From Eledone cirrhosa (lineage: Eukaryota), in contig OZ024740.1 of assembly GCA_964016885.1 (NCBI GenBank), positions 194,742,001-194,806,000 on the forward strand: a stretch of DNA of 64,000 nucleotides. Direction: 5' to 3'. This document shows positions 12,493-26,520 of the stretch, piece after piece. Position numbers and translations under genes: made by a program. Under the pieces are notes generated by a model that was not told where the DNA came from, ran no database searches, and worked only from the letters and a program-made list of their open reading frames with translations. The stretch's first letter is position 1. The number at the start of each line of letters is the position of its first letter.

Positions 12493-13475
12493 ATGTTTCT
12501 TTTATTTACCACCAGGGCATCAAAAGTGGGACAAGTACAAAGGGGGGAGTTTACACAAAAAGGCGTCCTCAATAAGGAGGAGGCAATAACAAAATATAAA
12601 AATAAAATAAGATATAACAAAAAATAAAATTTATAACAAAATCCTCAATAGAGAGGAGGCGCCTTGGGGAGTCGCACACACCCCCGAAAAAAGTGTGCAA
12701 CCCTTCTCCTCAGGAGCACAGAGAAGGGGTGCTCCCTTGGTCTTTCATCTTCCTCACCTATAGTCTGATGTAGAGTGAAGGCCCATTCACACGGGCCATT
12801 CTCGCCACTTTCACCCATCTTTCATAGAAACGGCAGGGGTGCAGCACCTCTCTCTCCATCCTGATCCTTCTTCCGAAATGATATCGGAAGAAACGGACCA
12901 GTTGTTGGCCAGAGAGAAAGGTGCCTGACCTCAGTCCTTTCAGACGCGTCCACCATACAACCTCTTTCGCCATGGCTATTACGCACAGAAACACCGCCTC
13001 TGCTTCATCTTTGAAGGGGGGAGGCAGCTTGATCATTACAATAGACTCGGTGGTCAACCGGATCGGTCCCACCCTTGACAGCAGTTGTTCGACATAGCCC
13101 CACAGATCGGCTACGCCCGAGCAGTGTACCAATGCGTGTGCAACGGTTTCCTCGTCGCACACGCATCTGGGACAGATCTTTTTGGCGGGGTCCCTACCCG
13201 GGCGCCCGTGTCTGTAGAGCCTTTCTCGAACGGGTAAAGCCCCTCGGTAGCACTGCCAGGCCAGGGACTTCTGGAAGTTGTCCATAGGTCCCGGGCTGAA
13301 TGTCCTACCGAACAGGCTGGCCAGTTCGTCCTCCTCCATGTCTAGGGCTTCTCCGAGGGCATCGTCGCACCTGCTGCGTACCAGCCCTCTATAGAATGTT
13401 GCGGTGGAGTCTCCACTGATAACCGGATCCGCCTGCCAGAGGGCGGTGAGCGCCTGGGCACACTCAGTGTGCCAG
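12493..13475 (-). mobile_element. Tx1-type 3'-end copy 1 (996-bp unit)
   Basis: Near-identical to the 3' end of the long element; contains ORF2 C-terminus (CPRC..ETVAHAL.HC zinc finger) and 3'UTR ending AATAAAAGAAACAT. Confidence 0.95.
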
Positions 13476-13488
13476 TAGATAGATAGAT

Positions 13489-14471
13489 ATGTTTCTTTTA
13501 TTTGCCACTAGGGCATCAAAAGTGGGACAAGTACAAAGGGGGGAGTTTACACAAAAAGGCGTCCTCAATAAGGAGGAGGCAATAACAAAATATAAAAATA
13601 AAATAAGATATAACAAAAAATAAAATTTTTAACAAAATCCTCAATAGAGAGGAGGCGCCTTGGGGGGTCGCACACACCCCCGAAAAAAGTGTGCAACCCT
13701 TCTCCTCAGGAGCACAGAGAAGGGGTGCTCCCTTGGTCTTTCATCTTCCTCACCTATAGTCTGATGTAGAGTGAAGGCCCATTCACACGGGCCATTCTCG
13801 CCACTTTCACCCATCTTTCATAGAAACGGCTGGGGTGCAGCACCTCTCTCTCCATCCTGATCCTTCTTCCGAAATGATATCGGAAGAAACGGACCAGTTG
13901 TTGGCCAGAGAGAAAGGTGCCTGACCTCAGTCCTTTCAGACGCGTCCACCATACAACCTCTTTCGCCATGGCTATTACGCACAGAAACACCGCCTCTGCT
14001 TCATCTTTGAAGGGGGGAGGCAGCTTGATCATTACAATAGACTCGGTGGTCAACCGGATCGGTCCCACCCTTGACAGCAGTTGTTCGACATAGCCCCACA
14101 GATCGGCTACGCCCGAGCAGTGTACCAATGCGTGTGCAACGGTTTCCTCGTCGCACACGCATCTGGGACAGATCTTTTTGGCGGGGTCCCTACCCGGGCG
14201 CCCGTGTCTGTAGAGCCTTTCTCGAACGGGTAAAGCCCCTCGGTAGCACTGCCAGGCCAGGGACTTCTGGAAGTTGTCCATAGGTCCCGGGCTGAATGTC
14301 CTACCGAACAGGCTGGCCAGTTCGTCCTCCTCCATGTCTAGGGCTTCTCCGAGGGCATCGTCGCACCTGCTGCGTACCAGCCCTCTATAGAATGTTGCGG
14401 TGGAGTCTCCACTGATAACCGGATCCGCCTGCCAGAGGGCGGTGAGCGCCTGGGCACACTCAGTGTGCCAG
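13489..14471 (-). mobile_element. Tx1-type 3'-end copy 2 (996-bp unit)
   Basis: Same unit, same truncation point, separated by TAGATAGATAGAT. Confidence 0.95.
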
Positions 14472-14749
14472 TAGATAGATAGATATGTTTCTTTTATTTG
14501 CCACTAGGGCATCAAAAGTGGGACAAGTACAAAGGGGGGAGTTTACACAAAAAGGCGTCCTCAATAAGGAGGAGGCAATAACAAAATATAAAAATAAAAT
14601 AAGATATAACAAAAAATAAAATTTTTAACAAAATCCTCAATAGAGAGGAGGCGCCTTGGGGGGTCGCACACACCCCCGAAAAAAGTGTGCAACCCTTCTC
14701 CTCAGGAGCACAGAGAAGGGGTGCTCCCTTGGTCTTTCATCTTCCTCAC

Positions 14750-17700
14750 CTATAGTCTGATGTAGAGTGAAGGCCCATTCACACGGGCCATTCTCGCCAC
14801 TTTCACCCATCTTTCATAGAAACGGCTGGGGTGCAGCACCTCTCTCTCCATCCTGATCCTTCTTCCGAAATGATATCGGAAGAAACGGACCAGTTGTTGG
14901 CCAGAGAGAAAGGTGCCTGACCTCAGTCCTTTCAGACGCGTCCACCATACAACCTCTTTCGCCATGGCTATTACGCACAGAAACACCGCCTCTGCTTCAT
15001 CTTTGAAGGGGGAGGCGGCTTGATCATTACAATAGACTCGGTGGTCAACCGGATCGGTCCCACCCTTGACAGCAGTTGTTCGACATAGCCCCACAGATCG
15101 GCTACGCCCGAGCAGTGTACCAATGCGTGTGCAACGGTTTCCTCGTCGCACACGCATCTGGGACAGATCTTTTTGGCGGGGTCCCTACCCGGGCGCCCGT
15201 GTCTGTAGAGCCTTTCTCGAACGGGTAAAGCCCCTCGGTAGCACTGCCAGGCCAGGGACTTCTGGAAGTTGTCCATAGGTCCCGGGCTGAATGTCCTACC
15301 GAACAGGCTGGCCAGTTCGTCCTCCTCCATGTCTAGGGCTTCTCCGAGGGCGTCGTCGCACCTGCTGCGTACCAGCTCTCTATAGAATATTGCGGTGGAG
15401 TCTCCACTGATAACCGGATCCGCCTGCCAGAGGGCGGTGAGCGCCTGGGCACACTCAGTGTGCCAGGCGCCCAGTTTTCTCGGTCTTTGCTTGACCCAGG
15501 ATTGCAGCTCGGTGAGTGAGACGAGTCTGGGAAAGGTTCGCCTCACAAACGAGGACCACACCGGTTGTCCGGTGAGGAATACGTAGAGGTGCCGTAGCCT
15601 TAATGCGTGTTTACGCATCATTAGCCACGGCATCCCCAGCCCTCCTTTCGAAGGGTGTTGACAGCAGATGGATCTCCTCACCATAGGAGCCCGCCTCTTC
15701 CAAAGGAATTGGAAGAGCGCGCGCTCCATCTTGGTGAGGGTTTCCCTTGGGCAGGGCACTACGGTCAGGCGGTAGTAGATGACGGACGCTATGTAGGTGT
15801 TCGCCACCTCCGCCCGACCTTTCAGGGATAGTTTGCAACTGGCCCACTTCTGGGTCAGTGCAAACACCCTGTTCGTAACCTCCGCCCAGTTTTTCTCCAC
15901 CTGGAGGTCCGGTCCGAACCAGACCCCGAGCAACTTCACCGGGCCCTCCGTCCAGCGTCCGACGACGCCATCGGAGGGCATCGGTCTGCCCCTCCACGTG
16001 CCGAGTTGCAAACCGATCGACTTGTCCCGGTTCAGCTTAGCCCCTGTGAACTTTTCGTACTCCTCCAGTAAGGTGCCGACCGCCTCGATTTCGGAGGCCG
16101 TCGACACCATTACTGTCACGTCATCGGCGTAGGCCGACACCGCTTTCCGCAATCCCGGTTCCAAAGGGATGCCCTGCAACAACTCCAACTTCCGCAGTAG
16201 TGGCTCGAGAGTCAACACATACAGAAGGGAGGAGAGAGGGCACCCCTGTCGGATGGACCGCGCGATTTTGAACGGCTCCGAGAGGTAGCCGTTCACCTTG
16301 ACCCTAGAGCAGATGCGGCTGCTGTGCATAGCAGTGATCCAGCCCCTGAAAACGGGTCCGAAGCCTGCCGCCGCTAGCACCGCATCCAGGTAACCATGGT
16401 CGACCCTATCGAACGCCTTAGATTGATCCAAGTTGATCAGAGCCCCACCAAAGCCGGGTTCGTTCCCAACCCTCTCTATGATGTATCGCATGAGGTGGAG
16501 GTTGTCATGGATGGACCTGGACGGGATAGCGCATGTCTGCGCATCTCCCACCAGGTTGCCCACGACAAGCGCCAACCTCTTTGCTAGCACCTTGGCCAAA
16601 ATCTGTAACTCTGTATTTAGCAGAGTTATGGGCCTGAAGTTACTTATTTCGTCCCCCTTGTTCTCGTCCTTCCTCACTAGCGTGACTACGCCCTTGGTCA
16701 CAGTACAGGGAATTCTCCCGTTCTGTTGCCAGTTGCAGTAGACCGCCTCGAGGAGATCGGGGAACAAGTCCGGCATAGCTAGATATAATTCGTAAGGAAG
16801 ACCATCGAGACCCGGGGATTTGCGTTTGCCGCATTGGCTCAGCACGTCCTCTATCTCAGCGGCCGAAATCGGCTCCTCGCAGGACTTCGCCTCCCTGTCC
16901 GAGAGGCGCGGCAGGCCGTCGAGGTATGGACCGAAGTCCACGTTCCCAACCGGCTCCCCGCCCCTCCCGAACAGTCGGGCAAAGTGCCTTTGAAAGGCCT
17001 CACACATCTGCTTAGGCTCAAGAATCGCCCGTCCATCCAGGTCTCGCAAAGACCGGATGGTGGATTTAGTTCCACTGTTGGCCTCTGTCACGTGGGCCCA
17101 GCTAACAGCTTTGGTCCCCTCGTTCCCTAGAGCACGTATTTTACTTCGGACAACGCAGCCTTCGTGCTTCGCGTCGAAAAACTGGCTCAAAGCCGTTCTC
17201 GACGCTAGCACTCTGGCCACGTTGCCGCTTCTAATTGCCTCTTCTACTCTATCTATTAGCTCCCTTTCCTTCCTATTCCTATCCGCAGCTAGAACCTTAC
17301 TAAATTCTATCGAGACTACTCTAATCTCTCTCTTTAGAGATACCCACCACCTGCTGTTGACGATCGCTCCAGTCAACCGTTCCTTAACTAACGTACTAAT
17401 CCGATTCCTGTAGGCTCTACTTGCCGGCAAGGACAAGTTGAGCTTCCAGTAACCGGGGCCCTGTCTATGAGTTCTGTCAAGGTTGACCATGCAGGTCACT
17501 AATTTGTGGTCTGAATAGCCAACCATGCGCATTTTTGGACAACTTAAAAAGTCCTTATCCTTAATTCTAACTAAGAACCTATCTAGGTACGACCTAGATG
17601 ATCCGCTACGATTTGCCCAAGTCCAGGTTGGCGCAGTCGGAAAATCTAGTCGATATCTATCGGCCAGGTCAAATCGACCGATTAACCCTTTGAGGCTATT

Positions 17701-18210
17701 ACACCCCTCTCTATCGGGGCAGGCCCCTACGTAGTCCCAGCGTGCATCTAGGATACCATTCCAGTCCCCCACTAATAGCAAGGAGCGGGACGTCCCCAGA
17801 AAAGTCTCCAGACGATGGAAGAAGTCCGGCCGCATTGACCCGAAAGGGCCGTAGGCGGCTACCAACCTAAACGCTCCGCCTTTACCACTGCCAAGGTCCA
17901 GAACCACTAGTCGACCCTCCGGGTCCAAATGTACCATCTGTGTTGCGAGACCCAGATGTTTTTGCAGCAGAACGACAACTCCACCCCCACCTCCGGGCTG
18001 ACAGAGAGATGCGTGCATCTCAAAGTCATCAAAGGTGGGGGCCAGCTGTCGCACGTTGCTGATCCGGGCCTCGCAAATAACCATCACATCTATACGTTGT
18101 GACCTGAGGTCATTTAGAAGCATTGCTTGCTTCCAAGTTGAGCCCAGGCCACGCGCATTTAAACAGCCTACTCTTAGCATAGCCATGTTGGTGGTGAAGA
18201 GAAAAGGCAC
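14750..18210 (-). CDS. Tx1-type ORF2 (APE endonuclease, RT, C-terminal CCHC finger); single -1 frameshift at ~15010
   Basis: LNARGL, GDWN, SYLDR, SDH, PGLDG, DQSKAFDRV, RQGCPLS, YADD; G5 run at ~15008 versus G6 in the duplicated copies. Confidence 0.9.
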
Positions 18211-18933
18211 TTACCTCTCTGCGTCCCGGGTATCGGGCTGCACAATTTCCATTAGGGTGGGGGATGGGTTGTTGGGTGGGGTGGTGGTTTGTGGAAGTGT
18301 GGGGGCATCAGTGTGTTGTGTGGTTGGGGAGCTTGGAGTTGTGTGGGTGTTTGGGGAGGGGGTGGGATAGTTTTTTAGGAGGACGCGGTTAATGGGCCCG
18401 ACGCAGGGGGGACCCACGTCCTCTTTAAAATTGTTTTTTAAAGTTTTATAGGTGTCCTGTGGGGCCTTAATCATTTTGAGGTGGGGGAAATCCCCTGCCT
18501 GGGTGAAGTTAGGCCCTTGTGTTTTTATTAGATTGTTGTTGTACACAATGTTTAACAGTTTTTTGTTTCTTGTATTTATGTATGTGTATGCATGTTTTTG
18601 TTTTTGTGTGGTGTTTTTTGTTTGCTGTTGTGAGCTCTTTTGTGTTGGTGTCAGTGTTATGTTTTGGGGAGGGGTTTTTTTCATTTGTGTGTCTGAGGTG
18701 TGTTTTCTTTTTTTTCTTTTGATTGTGTGGAAGTGCTCCTCCTCGTCTGACGACGAACTAGGGTCATCTTCCGCGTTGGAGGGGAGGGGTATATTTTCGG
18801 GTTGTGTTTGCGGTACGGGTGTTTTGGAAATTGTTTTTGTTTTTTGAGTGGAGGGGATGGGTTGGACATTGTTTTGTTTTGGTTTGAGCTGTGGTGGTTG
18901 TTTTTGTAGTGGTAGTTGTGGTGATTGTGTCAG
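18211..18933 (-). pseudogene. C-terminal part of Tx1 ORF1 (low complexity, basic KRKKRK patch)
   Basis: Open frame ending immediately before ORF2; the 5' extension in the ORF track is only microsatellite. Confidence 0.7.
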
Positions 18934-19145
<212 letters not shown>

Positions 19146-19304
19146 GAAAGAGAGTCTGAACCAACTGTAATGTGAATCAGTTCCAAGTTCATTTGGCAGA
19201 CTCAATAAAAATTCCTGTGAAGACTCACATTTGTCATTAAATGACGAAAGAAGTCTAAAATTTCACTTGATATTTAATTAATGCTCATCTTTACTGTCAC
19301 GCCT

Positions 19305-19718
19305 ACCATCACCATCATCAATATAACCATCATTATCACTACCACCACGACCATCATCATCGCCATCACTATCATCATCATCATCACCACCACTACCATC
19401 ATCATCACCACCACTACCATTATCATCACCACCACAACCATCATCCTCATGGTGGTGGTTGTGGTAATGGTGGTGGTGGTGGTAATGGTGGTGGTGGTGG
19501 TGGTGGTGGTGGTGATGGTGGTGGTGATGGAGGTGGTGGTTGTGGTAATGGTAGTGGTGGTGGTTGTGGTAATGGGAGTGTTGGTGGTTGTGGTAATGGT
19601 GGTGTTGGGGGTTGTTGTGGTAATGGTGGTGGTGGTGGTGGTGGTGGTAATAGTGGTGTTGGTGGTGATGGTGATGGAGGTGGTGATGGTGGTTTGTTGG
19701 GGTGGTGGTGATGGAGGT
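19305..19718. repeat. (ACC/ATC)n tract followed by (GGT/GAT)n tract
   Basis: Strand switch of the trinucleotide repeat at ~19448. Confidence 0.9.
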
Positions 19719-20191
19719 GCTTGAAGCATTCCGATGTCAAAATACTCTTGCCTTTTTCATGTTCACTCGAATAGTTAAAATGTCTCCCACCCCCACATCA
19801 CACACACATACACACACACACAAACATACAAACACATACACACACCTACACATACACACACCTACACATACACACACACCTACACATACACACACTCTCA
19901 CCTAGCATTAAATGAAAACAATTCTTCCTAAAGCCCCAAATGTAGAACTTTCCTTTTTCTTATTTGCAGTATACAGATGCCAGTGGGTTGAAAATCTTTG
20001 TCATTAATGTTAAGATAGCATGCAGCAAAATGGTGTCTTGCTGTGGGTTATCATATGATGGACAAAATGCTTAGTATTTTTTAGTTTCATCGTTCTTTAG
20101 GTCTGAGTTCGAATCCTGTTGGAGTCAATTTCATTCTTTATCATTTCAGACAGGATGATTATAGCTTCAATGGCTTTGTACACCTCTGTCT

Positions 20192-20231
<40 letters not shown>

Positions 20232-20334
20232 GTATGTCTGAGTGTGTGTACATATGCATAAACACACAATTATTTGTAGGACTTTGAGTGGGCAAAATTT
20301 TCATTACGAACTAGAGAACAGGTAGAAGTGGAAT

Positions 20335-21100
20335 ATCATCATTATCATCATTGTTTTTACATCTGCTTTTCCATGCTAGTATGGGTTGAATAGGTCCTTC
20401 TCAGTATGGCATCTCTCCACACATTGCAATCTTTGTCATCGTTTCTGTGAATCTCAGTGATTTGAGGGCAGCTCTCACAAACTCTGCCAAAATCTTTCTT
20501 GGTCTACTTCTACCATGACTTCCTTCCACTGGAATTTCCTGGCAATTCATCACCCAATGATCATTGTCCATGCACATCACATGTCCAAAACAATGCAATA
20601 TTCTCTCCTACATACCACCTCAGATTCCTCTTAAACACAGCTTCTCCTTCAACTCATCCAAGCTCTGCCTCCCTCTCACACTTATATTGCACATCCAACG
20701 GAACATGGTTACTTCATTTCTTTCCAGTCTACACACATCCTTCGCAGTCACAGCCCATGAAGCACCACACTTCACATACAGATGTCATACAATCATCCTT
20801 TTGTATGTAGGAAGAAACATTTTGTTGTAAACAGTGGGAGTATCTCTCTGAACCTTTTTGATCCTATCCTTATTCTAGCTATTATGCTCTCAGAGCATTC
20901 CCCTCCATTGCTAATTACATTGCCTAGAAAGCAGAAGCTATCAACCACTTCCTGTAACTGGAATAGGCTTACAACACTGGATATCTTCCCCTCAGTTTCT
21001 CCTGTGCATCTTCTACAAACAAAGTTTCCCTTCCTGTTACTCTACATCTCCTGTATACCCAAGATTTACATTGTGTACATCGTAATGCAGCTGAAACTAT
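20335..21100 (-). mobile_element. Degenerate RTE 3' fragment
   Basis: FGHVMCMD..GSHGRSRPRK similar to the RTE C-terminus; (GAT)n-type tail at ~20340. Confidence 0.8.
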
Positions 21101-21783
21101 GGAGTTTGGTATTGATGGTAGTAGTGATGGTGGCGTGTGGGGGGTGAAAGGTAAGGGAGTGGGGAGGAGTGGTATCCTAGTGATTATATTAGAACAAGAA
21201 AACTCACTAGAAATATTATAAAACCACTGTGAAGACTTTTCAATGTGTGTGTGTGTTGCTGAAATACAACCTATTTTCTTGATTTTAATTAGACAGCTTC
21301 ATCAAAATTCTATTAGCTCACACCATACTTAAAATATCTACTTAAATTTGAAATAAAAGTTTGCTTGACAGTTTGGGCGTCAGCATAGTGAAAATTACTA
21401 ATTCCTCTATCAATTTTCGAATGCTGTTGTTGTTAATCTAAAAACTGTTCTAATTGCTTGGGCGTCATTAATTTGTTCCCTGTTAATGACTTAACGATAT
21501 CATTTAAATGTGATACATTGCTTGAAGATTGCCAGGTTTAACATCTTAATGTCAAATTATTTCTGCTTTCATAGAAAGTTCCATTTCAATTGATTACCTC
21601 TTTCGAAGTCTTTCCCCTTAAACCCCCTCCCCCCACTCCATCCTTGTTAAATACATGTTATCAGGTTCATAATGGTTGTAATGTTACTGTTAAAGCATCC
21701 ATCTGTAAAGTTATAAAATTCTCATTGAATTGCTTCTCTGTTTTATCTCTACTTTTTACATGTGTGTGTGTGTGCATGTGTGT

Positions 21784-21825
<42 letters not shown>

Positions 21826-21826
21826 T

Positions 21827-21867
<41 letters not shown>

Positions 21868-21869
21868 AT

Positions 21870-23110
21870 AGTGGTAGAACACTGGAAGGTAATATCCGTA
21901 GTGGTAGAGCACTCAGTCCATGGGACGAGTTAGGTAAAAGGGGTTACACAACAGTTAGTTCACCATACTGAGAACAATTGTTTTACCTTAGCGGATCCTC
22001 AACTCGTAATGGACATGGTTATACGGAACAGGAAGGACACCCGTATCAACGCACATGCGCAGAAACGGTCACTTCACTCAGGCAATACTAAATTGCGTGC
22101 GAAAAGTGTAAGGGAGATAACTGCGAAGGTCCGAAAGTTTCTAGTTGATAAGAAAATTAGGATGTTGTTGTAATTCAATCCGGAGCTTTGTAGTTATGTA
22201 AGAGGTGTTTCCAGACGTGTGGACAACGTGTGAAGAATTCATATCTTGAGTTTAGGCAATCGCTATTGCGTAATCTCTTTAGAATATTTATTCGTTCATC
22301 AATACATAGTCCACACGACGGATTTCCCCTTGCGTATGGCTTGGACTTAGTGATGGCTTTCCATTGAATAGAGTAGTCTATACTTGAGTCCTTGAGGGAC
22401 CATATGTGGCTTGGGAGTTTCGTGGATGAACGTCTGTCTAGGTACCTAAAGGTCGACTGGTGGTTCAGGAAGCGTTCTTTAAATCGGCCCTCCGCCATAC
22501 CCACATAGGATTTGACCTCCTGAGATTGATTTGGTCAGTTGGAAGTGACCACAGCTTCATAAACTACAGCGGGTGTGTTGCATTGCTTCGGGCTTACGGC
22601 AAGAGCACCCAGGTGGGGTGTGGCTCCTAGGGATGTTGGTGATGTGGGCCTTCATGTTCTTAGCGCAGGGGTATCCTAGTTTTACTTTGTGTTGGTTAAA
22701 GATGGAGCGGTATTTATGACCTATGGGAAAGTGTCTATCTAAGAGGGCTAGAAATTGTTTGCCGACATTGGTTTTAACGTTGAGTGAGAAGGGAGGAGAG
22801 AACCAGATAGTTTGTCTATTGTTACGCTTTCTTTTCTTATTGTTGTTGTTGCTAGTGAGGGAGTAAGTGATAGGTTGCGAGAAGCCGCTGTTAGCTAACG
22901 CCGTGTTATAGTAGGGTGCCGCTCTGTCAAAGATAGCCTTATTAGAGGAGAGGTTTAAGATTCTAGTACTGATATTATTTACGAAGTTTCTAAAAACAGT
23001 GGGAGGGTGGCATGAGTCCTTGTGAATGAAATTGAGTTTTTTGTTAAGCTTATGGAAGGGTCTGTAGGTGTGTGTGCGAAAGTCTAAATTAATGTCTAAA
23101 TTAATGTCTA
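21870..23110 (-). mobile_element. Penelope-like element 3' fragment (RT thumb + GIY-YIG + pLTR)
   Basis: IWFSPPFS.NVKTNVGKQF, YVGMAEGRFKERF.NH, CGLCIDE, C.H motifs; degenerate hammerhead at 21970-22005. Confidence 0.88.
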
Positions 23111-23129
23111 AAAGAATTTGTTCTCGTTG

Positions 23130-23880
23130 GTATTCTCCACCACTATTTCTAGGAATCAAGAAAAACTTAGCTCACCTTTTCTTCAATGCTCTTGATAAAT
23201 GATTCCTAAAAATACATAAATATAGTAGAATTTTTAATAGACATACAATTAAACTCTCATACTGAACCGCTAAGTATATATCCCAAAATATAGCTAAAAT
23301 TAATAGAAATCTCGGAACTATTCATAGAGAATTAACCCCTAACGATAATCAGAGAATCACTAATAGAATAAATAACAACAATTATACCAATAACATAGAC
23401 AATAAAAACCTTACGAACTACGAACACAGAGAGGCATCATTAAATAACAACGTAGGTAATTGCAATTGTAAAAATAGTTATTCTTGACCATTCAGTAATA
23501 AATGTCTTGAGCGTATTTTGTTTATAAATGCATTGTTAAAACAAAAGATAAGTCTTATAATTATATTGGTGCCAATTCCTCTATATTTAAAGAAAGGTGG
23601 TATAATCACCGTCACATGTTCAAAAGAGAAGACAAGAGATTTAGTACTGCTTTATCTGAATTAATTTGGTCGCTTAAAAATAATAATGTAGAATATTCTC
23701 TTTCTTGGCATAAACTTTCTAATACTTTACCTTATAAAATGCTTCCATTTCTAAGAGTTGTAACCTCTGTACCACCGAAATTCTTTATATTCTTAACAAT
23801 AGAAAACTAATTATTAATAAACGTCTCAGAAATTTAATTCGTGCCTCCACTGATTCTCGAAAACCTTTCATAGAGTTTTT
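23130..23880 (+). mobile_element. Second degenerate Penelope-like 3' fragment (GIY-YIG)
   Basis: KYSRIFNRHTIKLSY, YIG, FKERWYNH, STALSELIWSLK; AT-rich with stops. Confidence 0.8.
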
Positions 23881-24949
23881 AGTTAAGCTTTAATAGAGAA
23901 TATTACTTGATATATCATTTTTAATTCTTACCTCGAATACGTTTAGAGTTTTAGTTTAAGCTTCATATATTTAAAAAATAATAATAATTTATATATAATT
24001 TTTAAGTGATTTTGTTATCTTTATTTTTAAAATCAACATTTTTAAAACTAATTTTTCTCCGTTACAATTTTTCACCTACTTTAAATTTATGTTCTACATG
24101 ATCTTTATTCAAATGTTTACGGACAGACCACATTTAACATAGTTAGCTTAACATCATTTTGTTATATCGTTCATGAAAAATAAAATAAAATATATAAGAT
24201 TCATGAAGCCTGTGCTTCTTATGCTAAATGTTTATTTGATTTAATCTTTTATTTTCTTCTTTTGAAATTTGCTATGTTTTTCTTAATTCAGTAAAATAAA
24301 ATACAAATGATGAATAAAGATACTAATCATTCAACTTTGTCACCTAAGATACAATCTCTCCTGTCTACTTCATGGAGATGTAACTCCTTTAATGTATGAG
24401 ACAACTTAAAATAATAATGTTAAATAAAATAGAATTGTATTTTCACAGGTACAAATTAGTACACTTCTAAAGCATTGTCTGTTTGATCTTTATTGATCCA
24501 CTTTGAATTTTCTCCCATGTACTAAGTGCAAAATGTTCCCCTTTTCGGTTTTCTACAAACTGCTGGCCTTCTAGACATGGTATTAGAAAAAAATAAATTA
24601 AGACAAAAAAATAAATGAGCCAAGTTTATAAATTAAAACAAAATCTGTCAAGTGGTAAATTACTAAGTTTACCACCTTGAAAACTAGCCTGTTTTTGTAA
24701 CTGTTCAGTTTGGTACTAAGTAGTAGCAGTAGTTGGTCCTTTAAATATTCACTTTGCATATTTTCAGTCCATGATTTATTCCCATTGCAATGGCTTCTAG
24801 ACGTCCAATGAGCACTGCTGTAGTCTATAAGCACAGAAAAATAGAAAATGCTTCCCGAAATTTGCCAAAACTACACCTGATGTACCCCTTCCATACACAT
24901 GCACACATGTGTATATCATGACTCATGCGCTGTTCATTTTCCTGACGTT

Positions 24950-26520
24950 TGTACATTACCCTATGTACTATACATACACTTTTTGATGAGTTGTAGTGCA
25001 CCTGAGGACTGTACACAATATTTCATTATTATTATAAAAGAAAAAAGTGTAATGTTAGAAACTGAATTAGAAGTATTGCAGAGATTGAAAAGTGGACAGA
25101 GAGCTGTAGATATCAGAAGAACATTCTGTCTACAACTAATGTTCGAACAACTCTCGGTAATACCAAACACCTTTAAACTTGTTGCTGAAAGTGTGACAAC
25201 TTTAGCTGCTACAAAATTAATTATGAATAGTACCAGCATAATGGAAAACATGGGAAGAATTTTTAACATATAGATGATAAACATGCATCTGTGTAAGTAC
25301 CTATGTTTGCTACTTGCCAAAAAAATGAGGGCTTTAAGTTTATTTGGTGACCTAAAGAAAAAAGACAGTTCTAATGTCGAAAATAAAAATTTCTTGGCAA
25401 GTCATGGTGGGTTTAAGCATTTCAGGAACCAGTCAAGGTTACATACAAATAACAAGTAAGTCTTCAAATGCCAACAAAGAAGTTGTAGCTGCTTTTTTTT
25501 ATCTCTTCTGAAAATTATTATTGATGAATGAGGATTACACTACAATGGATTTCTAGCGTAGATGAGACTGGTTTATTTTCAAACCGCCTGCCAAAATAAA
25601 CTTTAATTTTAGAAAAAGGAAAATGACACCAGGGTCAAAGCTGACAATGATTGCATGGTCCTCCCATTTGGTGGTAATGCTTAAGAAGATCTAAAGCTCA
25701 AGTCACTGGCTGTTTATTATCATCAGTAACTATGAAAGATCACTTTAAGTCCTATATTGTTTTATAGTGATCAAATAAAAGGGAGGGGTGGGTCATAAGA
25801 GCAGTGCTCCAAGATTGGTATATTTTGAAAATAAAGTTTTTTCTCTTTGTCATCAATACTCTAAATCATCCACCACCTAACCTGGATGATTTGATAATGT
25901 TCAAGTACCTTTTCTACTTCAAAATACAACCAGTTTAATTTGACCTATTGCTACATCATTCAAAGCCCAATTTTTACTATGCACTTTTAAACATTTAATT
26001 AATTTCTTAGATAGTAAAGCTAAGCCTGTTGCAAAGAGGTTTTGGCATGAATGCTATTGAAAATTTGACAGAAACAGGATGAGATGTGAAAACAAGTACA
26101 ACTAATCTTGTCCAGAGTAAAATGTATTCAAGTTGTATTGCAGACTTCCTAGTTTTTGAGGGGCCAACATAACATTTTCACCAGATTGTTGGCTAACACA
26201 CCAGGCTTGGTGTTTTGAAATAAAGAAGATGTAATGGAGTTAGTTGAATTGTATGGTAAAGAAATATCTAATGATGACCTCATGGAGAAGGAATAACACC
26301 ATACTGAGAAGATAATGACAGTGAGGTTGTAGAACCACTACAGATGTTATCAATTGCGTAGTTGCCTGAGGCTTTCCAATTTTTATGGACATTTCTACCA
26401 AAATAAATCCTCAAAGAGGAAGAAATTCAGAATCAAATAGGCTAATGAGTGGATATAACTGCAAAAAATGTTTAAACAAACAAGAACAAATGTGCTAAAA
26501 CGAAGCTAGGATATTTTAAA
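24950..26520 (+). mobile_element. Tigger/pogo (CENP-B-like) DNA transposase relic
   Basis: HTH-like KKSVMLETELEVLQRLKSG, FLASHGGFKHFR and DETGLF at 25561; many stops; TIRs not identified. Confidence 0.75.

Larger units (their letters stand above)
14485..18933 (-). mobile_element. Young Tx1/L1-clade non-LTR retrotransposon, 5'-truncated in ORF1
   Basis: ORF1 remnant abutting APE-RT-ZnF ORF2; flanked by (GATA)n-containing microsatellite on both sides. Confidence 0.93.

Noticed and set aside
19274-19740. Poly-Thr, poly-Val and poly-Pro ORFs
   Set aside because: Translations of trinucleotide microsatellites.
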